From IMG/VR virus record IMGVR_UViG_3300007764_000003, positions 1 to 39,331 of that record: a DNA stretch of 39,331 nucleotides; one strand, 5' to 3'. The position numbers were made by a program, and so were the translations under genes. The notes under the pieces were generated by a model. It saw only the letters and a program-made list of their open reading frames with translations. It ran no database searches and was not told the DNA's origin. Source of the stretch: a virus. Its lineage: Duplodnaviria > Caudoviricetes. This document shows positions 35,638 to 39,331 of this stretch, in pieces; the first letter of the stretch is position 1; every line of letters starts with the position of its first letter.

Positions 35638-36021
35638 TGCGCGGTTGGGTGGCCGCCCCCCTCACCCCCCTCCCCCCTCCCCCGGGGGGTACCCCACCCC
35701 ATCAACCTGAACAGACACCCAGGGGTGAACAGAAGCACAGCACTGAACATCCGCGCAGGTAAGATGGGTAGGCGAGCTCGGGAGGACCGGCATGTGCGTG
35801 CATGTGGGTAGCACTGAACAAATAGGGGGTGCTGGATAAGTAGGCGTACTTGCTGGGTTTCTGGCTTTTGTGTAAACCCGCGGGTTTTACCAGCCCGGGG
35901 ATTCGTTGTACAAAACCGTGGGAGTGAGGGCAGATGGGGGGTTGGTCCCCCCAGCTCGGGGCCGGGGGAGGGGTTGGCGTGGCCCCATCAACCCGAGCCG
36001 TGCCGTCACCTCGAGGGAAAT

Positions 36022-36037
36022 GGTTTCATGTGAAACT
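36022..36037. promoter_or_regulatory. parS-like palindrome
   Basis: GGTTTCATGTGAAACT, 13/16 match to TGTTTCACGTGAAACA. Confidence 0.4.
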
Positions 36038-36350
36038 GTTATCGGTGTGCTGTTACAGCGCCACTGCGCGCCGTAGCCCCGTTCAGCGTCTCAGGGCGAG
36101 CCAGCGCCGCGAGCAGCGCCGCGTACCGGCTGTACCGGTTGTGGGGGCTGGAGGTGAGGCTCTCCTCCTCCCTCTGGGCGCCTCCCTCCGCTGCGCTCCG
36201 GGCCGGGCCCTACTCGCTCCGCTCCCTGAGCCCCTGCGGGTCTCCGCCCATTCGGGTGACGGTCCCTGGCGCTCTCCACTGCCCACACCTACATGTCACA
36301 CCTAATTAGCGGGCCGTCCCAATAATCGACAGGTTTGTGTGCTGGCTCAC

Positions 36351-36381
36351 TTGATTCGTGTCACGCCATGACACATATTAT
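36351..36381 (+). promoter_or_regulatory. Rightward promoter candidate with operator-like palindrome
   Basis: TTGATT-17 nt-CATATT(AT); GTGTCA-N5-TGACAC at 36358-36374. Confidence 0.5.
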
Positions 36382-36427
36382 AGACATGGGCAGGACGAAT
36401 GGAACGCCAGCCCGTTGGAGGACAATC

Positions 36428-36718
36428 ATGGACACGATCAACAAGTTCCCTGGACGCCTGGAAACTCGCGCTTGGCGCACCGTGCCCGCCGGCCACCGCG
36501 CCGCGGTCGCGGACCTCATGCGCGTGCACAGGATGAGCCCGAAGGCCGCAGCGAGCGTGATCGGTGATGCGCTCACCTACCTCGCCACCCCCGACGGCGG
36601 ATGGCCGGAGACGGCGCAGGCGTGGCGCCGGATGGACGCAGAGTATCGCGATGCGGCCATCGCGGCCGTGCGACGGCATCTGCCCGGGAGCCAGCACGGC
36701 AGCCGGGTGCAGTCATGA
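36428..36718 (+). CDS. Hypothetical protein (96 aa)
   Basis: GGAGG SD; ATGA-coupled to the next gene. Confidence 0.65.
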   Translation: MDTINKFPGRLETRAWRTVPAGHRAAVADLMRVHRMSPKAAASVIGDALTYLATPDGGWPETAQAWRRMDAEYRDAAIAAVRRHLPGSQHGSRVQS

Positions 36719-37398
36719 GCACCTGCCAAATCATACGCCGCTGGGACAACGGCGACATCATCTACACCGGCGAGCACGCCGACCTGCTCGAGGCCGTGGA
36801 GCACTGCGCGCGGTCAGGCGTCTCGCTGTACCGCGCCTACCTGCGCAGGGCCGGAATGTACGAGGCCAGCCTGATCGGGGCCGACCTACGCGAGGCCGAC
36901 CTGCGCGGAGCCGACCTGCGCGGAGCCATCCTGATCGGGGCCGACCTGGGCGGAGCCGACCTGCGCCAGGCCGACCTGAGCGATGCCATCCTGCGCAAGG
37001 TCGACCTGAGCGAGGCCGACCTGGACGGAGCCGACCTGGACGGAGCCGACCTGGACGGAGCCGACCTGAGCGAGGCCGACCTACGCGATGCCATGGGTCT
37101 ATCCGACGCGCCCGCGATTCCGCAGCTGGAGTCAGCCATCCTGGCGGCCATCCTGGCGGGTGGTGAGCTGCGCATGGGTGACTGGCACACGTGCGACACC
37201 ACGCATTGCCGCGCTGGCTGGGCTATCACGCTCGCGGGCGAAGCCGGGGCGAAACTGGAGCGCGAGCACGGCCCCGCCGTCGCTGGCGCGCTCATCTATC
37301 ACGCGTCATGTGGATACGTGCCAGATTTCTACGCGCCCGATGGTGCCGCGCTCGAAGACATGCGGGCGCGGGCAGAGGGGGAGGTGCAGTCATCATGA
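36715..37398 (+). CDS. Pentapeptide-repeat protein 1 with C-terminal His/Cys domain
   Basis: A(D/N)Lxx repeats; 'WHTCDTTHCRAGW'. Confidence 0.9.
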   Translation: MSTCQIIRRWDNGDIIYTGEHADLLEAVEHCARSGVSLYRAYLRRAGMYEASLIGADLREADLRGADLRGAILIGADLGGADLRQADLSDAILRKVDLSEADLDGADLDGADLDGADLSEADLRDAMGLSDAPAIPQLESAILAAILAGGELRMGDWHTCDTTHCRAGWAITLAGEAGAKLEREHGPAVAGALIYHASCGYVPDFYAPDGAALEDMRARAEGEVQSS

Positions 37399-37724
37399 TC
37401 GATCCCTGGCGGGAATTCACGATGGGGGTTACCGCGTGGGTTCACCCACGGGGGCCAGGCTACCGCATGGGGGCGCTACTCCGCGGCGCCCCCCCGGAGA
37501 CACCCCAGGAGGCGTTGCAGCTCGCGGGCTACCGAGCCCGGAGCGCATCCGCGTCTCCGGAACTATGCGAGTCGTATGGCGTCGCCGACTGCGGCGATTG
37601 GCTGGTCATCGCTGCGCGCGGGTGGCCGCACGCCGGCGACCAGTGGGCACCCGTGCGGCTCGTGCGCCGCAGCGACCCCAGCGTGCCTGCCTGGGCGCGT
37701 GCGCGGACATGGGAGGCGCTGTGA
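37395..37724 (+). CDS. Hypothetical protein (109 aa)
   Basis: GGAGG SD; ATGA and GTGA coupling. Confidence 0.55.
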   Translation: MIDPWREFTMGVTAWVHPRGPGYRMGALLRGAPPETPQEALQLAGYRARSASASPELCESYGVADCGDWLVIAARGWPHAGDQWAPVRLVRRSDPSVPAWARARTWEAL

Positions 37725-38131
37725 GCACGCTATCGAAGCGCGACGCGGATGCCCTCGGCGTCGCCGACATGACCGGCGCGCAGCTCCGCATGCGCGTGTT
37801 CCTGGTCGAGGGACTCATGTGCGAGCTGGCGCTGGTCGTCGAGGAGATGCTTCGCCGGTTCGCGTCGGACGACGACGGTCTGGGCGAGGCTGAAATCATG
37901 TGCGCGGAACGGGCACGAGAGGCCGTGACAAGCGTCCGGGAGCGCTACGGCGAGCCGCAGTACGGCCTGTACACAATCCAGTTGACGATGCGCGAAATGG
38001 AAGTAGCTCGCGAGCGGATCGCGTACACGGTCACTGTCCCATCGGACCATCCCAACGCCGACCAGGACAACGAGACGGCCGAGTCGGTCATCGCCAAGCT
38101 CGAGGCCCTGGGAGCGAGGGGCACGCTGTGA
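37721..38131 (+). CDS. Hypothetical protein (136 aa)
   Basis: GGAGG SD plus GTG start. Confidence 0.6.
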   Translation: MSTLSKRDADALGVADMTGAQLRMRVFLVEGLMCELALVVEEMLRRFASDDDGLGEAEIMCAERAREAVTSVRERYGEPQYGLYTIQLTMREMEVARERIAYTVTVPSDHPNADQDNETAESVIAKLEALGARGTL

Positions 38132-38161
38132 TTGTTAACCACGACCGTCGATTGTTAACCA
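38130..38161. repeat. Direct repeat GATTGTTAACCA x2
   Basis: 38130-38141 and 38150-38161. Confidence 0.8.
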
Positions 38162-38210
38162 AAGTGTCAAGTGAGTTTTGGGACGCCGTGAGCGTGGAGG
38201 GGATGTCGGC

Positions 38211-38588
38211 ATGAGCAACCAAACCATACGCCGCTGGGACAACGGCGCCATCATCTACACCGGAGAGCACGCTACGCTATGCGAGGCCGTGGAGCACTGC
38301 GCGCGGTCAGGCGTCTCGCTACGCAGGGCCGACCTACGCGTAGCCGACCTGGACGGAGCCGACCTACGCGGAGCCGACCTGCGCGAGGCCAGCCTGGACG
38401 GAGCCAGCCTGCGCGGGGCGGACATGTACGGGGCCGACCTACGCGAGGCCGACCTACGCGAGGCCGACCTGTTCGAGGCCGACCTGGACGGAGCCGACCT
38501 GCGCCAGGCCGACCTGAGCGAGGCCATCCTGGACGGAGCCAGCCTGCGCGGGGCGGACATGTACGAGGCCATGGGCCTGGCCGACTGA
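38211..38588 (+). CDS. Pentapeptide-repeat protein 2 (no C-terminal domain)
   Basis: GGAGG SD; MSNQTIRRWD... followed by ADLxx repeats; stops after AMGLAD. Confidence 0.88.
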   Translation: MSNQTIRRWDNGAIIYTGEHATLCEAVEHCARSGVSLRRADLRVADLDGADLRGADLREASLDGASLRGADMYGADLREADLREADLFEADLDGADLRQADLSEAILDGASLRGADMYEAMGLAD

Positions 38589-38666
38589 AGCCTGATCTCA
38601 GCCCCTAGAGCACCGGCCCGCCGGCGCTCCTGGGCATGCGACTTGGCGCATGAAAGGAGAGTGAAA

Positions 38667-38861
38667 ATGCACACCTACACTGATGTTGGCTGTGAGGACA
38701 ATGAGGACAGAATGGACGTAATCGAACTACTGGGGAGCGATGTGGGGGCAGACGAGCTCGCCGGGCTGCAAGCGCTACTCGACGACGGGGCGTCGGAAGC
38801 GCTGTCGCTGGAGTCGCTGGCGTGGCTAGCGGAGGTAGTGCGGATTGGGGGTGAGCTGTGA
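38667..38861 (+). CDS. Small acidic hypothetical protein (64 aa)
   Basis: AAGGAG SD; D/E-rich. Confidence 0.55.
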   Translation: MHTYTDVGCEDNEDRMDVIELLGSDVGADELAGLQALLDDGASEALSLESLAWLAEVVRIGGEL

Positions 38862-38872
38862 CCGACGCAGTC

Positions 38873-39331
38873 ATGAGCAACCAAACCATACGCCGCTGGG
38901 ATACCCGCGCGGTCATCTACACCGGAGAGCACGCCGACCTATGCGGCGCAGTCGAGCACTGCGCGCGGTCAGGCGTCTCGCTGTACCGCGCCGACCTGAA
39001 CGAGGCCAACCTGATCGGGGCCGCCCTGCGCGGGGCGGACATGTACGAGGCCAACCTGAACGAGGCCAACCTGAACGGGGCCGACCTGAACGAGGCCATC
39101 CTGACCTGGGCCAGCCTGCGCGAGGCCGACCTGCGCGAGGCCGACCTGCGTAGGGCCAACCTGATCGGGGCCAAGCTACGCGGGGCCGACCTACGCGATG
39201 CCATGGGCCTACCCGACGCGCCCGCGATTCCGCAGCTGGAGTCAGCCATCCTGGCGGCCATCCTGGCGGGTGGTGAGCTGCGCATGGGTGACTGGCACAC
39301 GTGCGACACCACGCATTGCCGCGCTGGCTGG
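38873..39331 (+). CDS. Pentapeptide-repeat protein 3 (3' truncated)
   Basis: Frame open to the window end; same N-terminus and His/Cys domain as paralogue 1; alternative GTG start at 38858. Confidence 0.88.
   Translation, partial: MSNQTIRRWDTRAVIYTGEHADLCGAVEHCARSGVSLYRADLNEANLIGAALRGADMYEANLNEANLNGADLNEAILTWASLREADLREADLRRANLIGAKLRGADLRDAMGLPDAPAIPQLESAILAAILAGGELRMGDWHTCDTTHCRAGW

Noticed and set aside
39213-39331. Terminal repeat or circularity of the genome
   Set aside because: The end matches internal 37103-37221 rather than the window start, so it reflects paralogy and possibly an assembly break.

Overview
GC-rich, gene-dense segment of a tailed dsDNA phage (podovirus-like, P22-type portal/adaptor/nozzle/ejection-protein layout). 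Both ends cut through genes. A long leftward unit (about 35.6 kb to 3.45 kb) carries small accessory genes, an ASCH protein, a DPPY methyltransferase, an XRE-HTH protein, a VRR-NUC nuclease, a SleB-like hydrolase, terminase, portal, a GroES-like protein, scaffold, major capsid, tail and ejection proteins and a lysis cassette. Rightward genes are a ParB-like protein and SF2 helicase at the start and three pentapeptide-repeat paralogues at the end. A divergent control region lies at about 35.6-36.4 kb. The most unusual feature is two inverted arrays (2447-3456 on +, 30209-30746 on -) of eight translationally coupled Arg/Val-rich microgenes. They are built from variable 12-nt units between an invariant 29-nt junction that supplies SD, stop and start, and together they flank the whole morphogenesis/lysis block. 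The accessory region also holds several gene stubs that keep only the N-terminus of known families (DnaB, DUF1643, DUF5131). No integrase, polymerase, reverse transcriptase, tRNA or CRISPR array was recognised. All family calls come from motif recognition by eye, not database searches.
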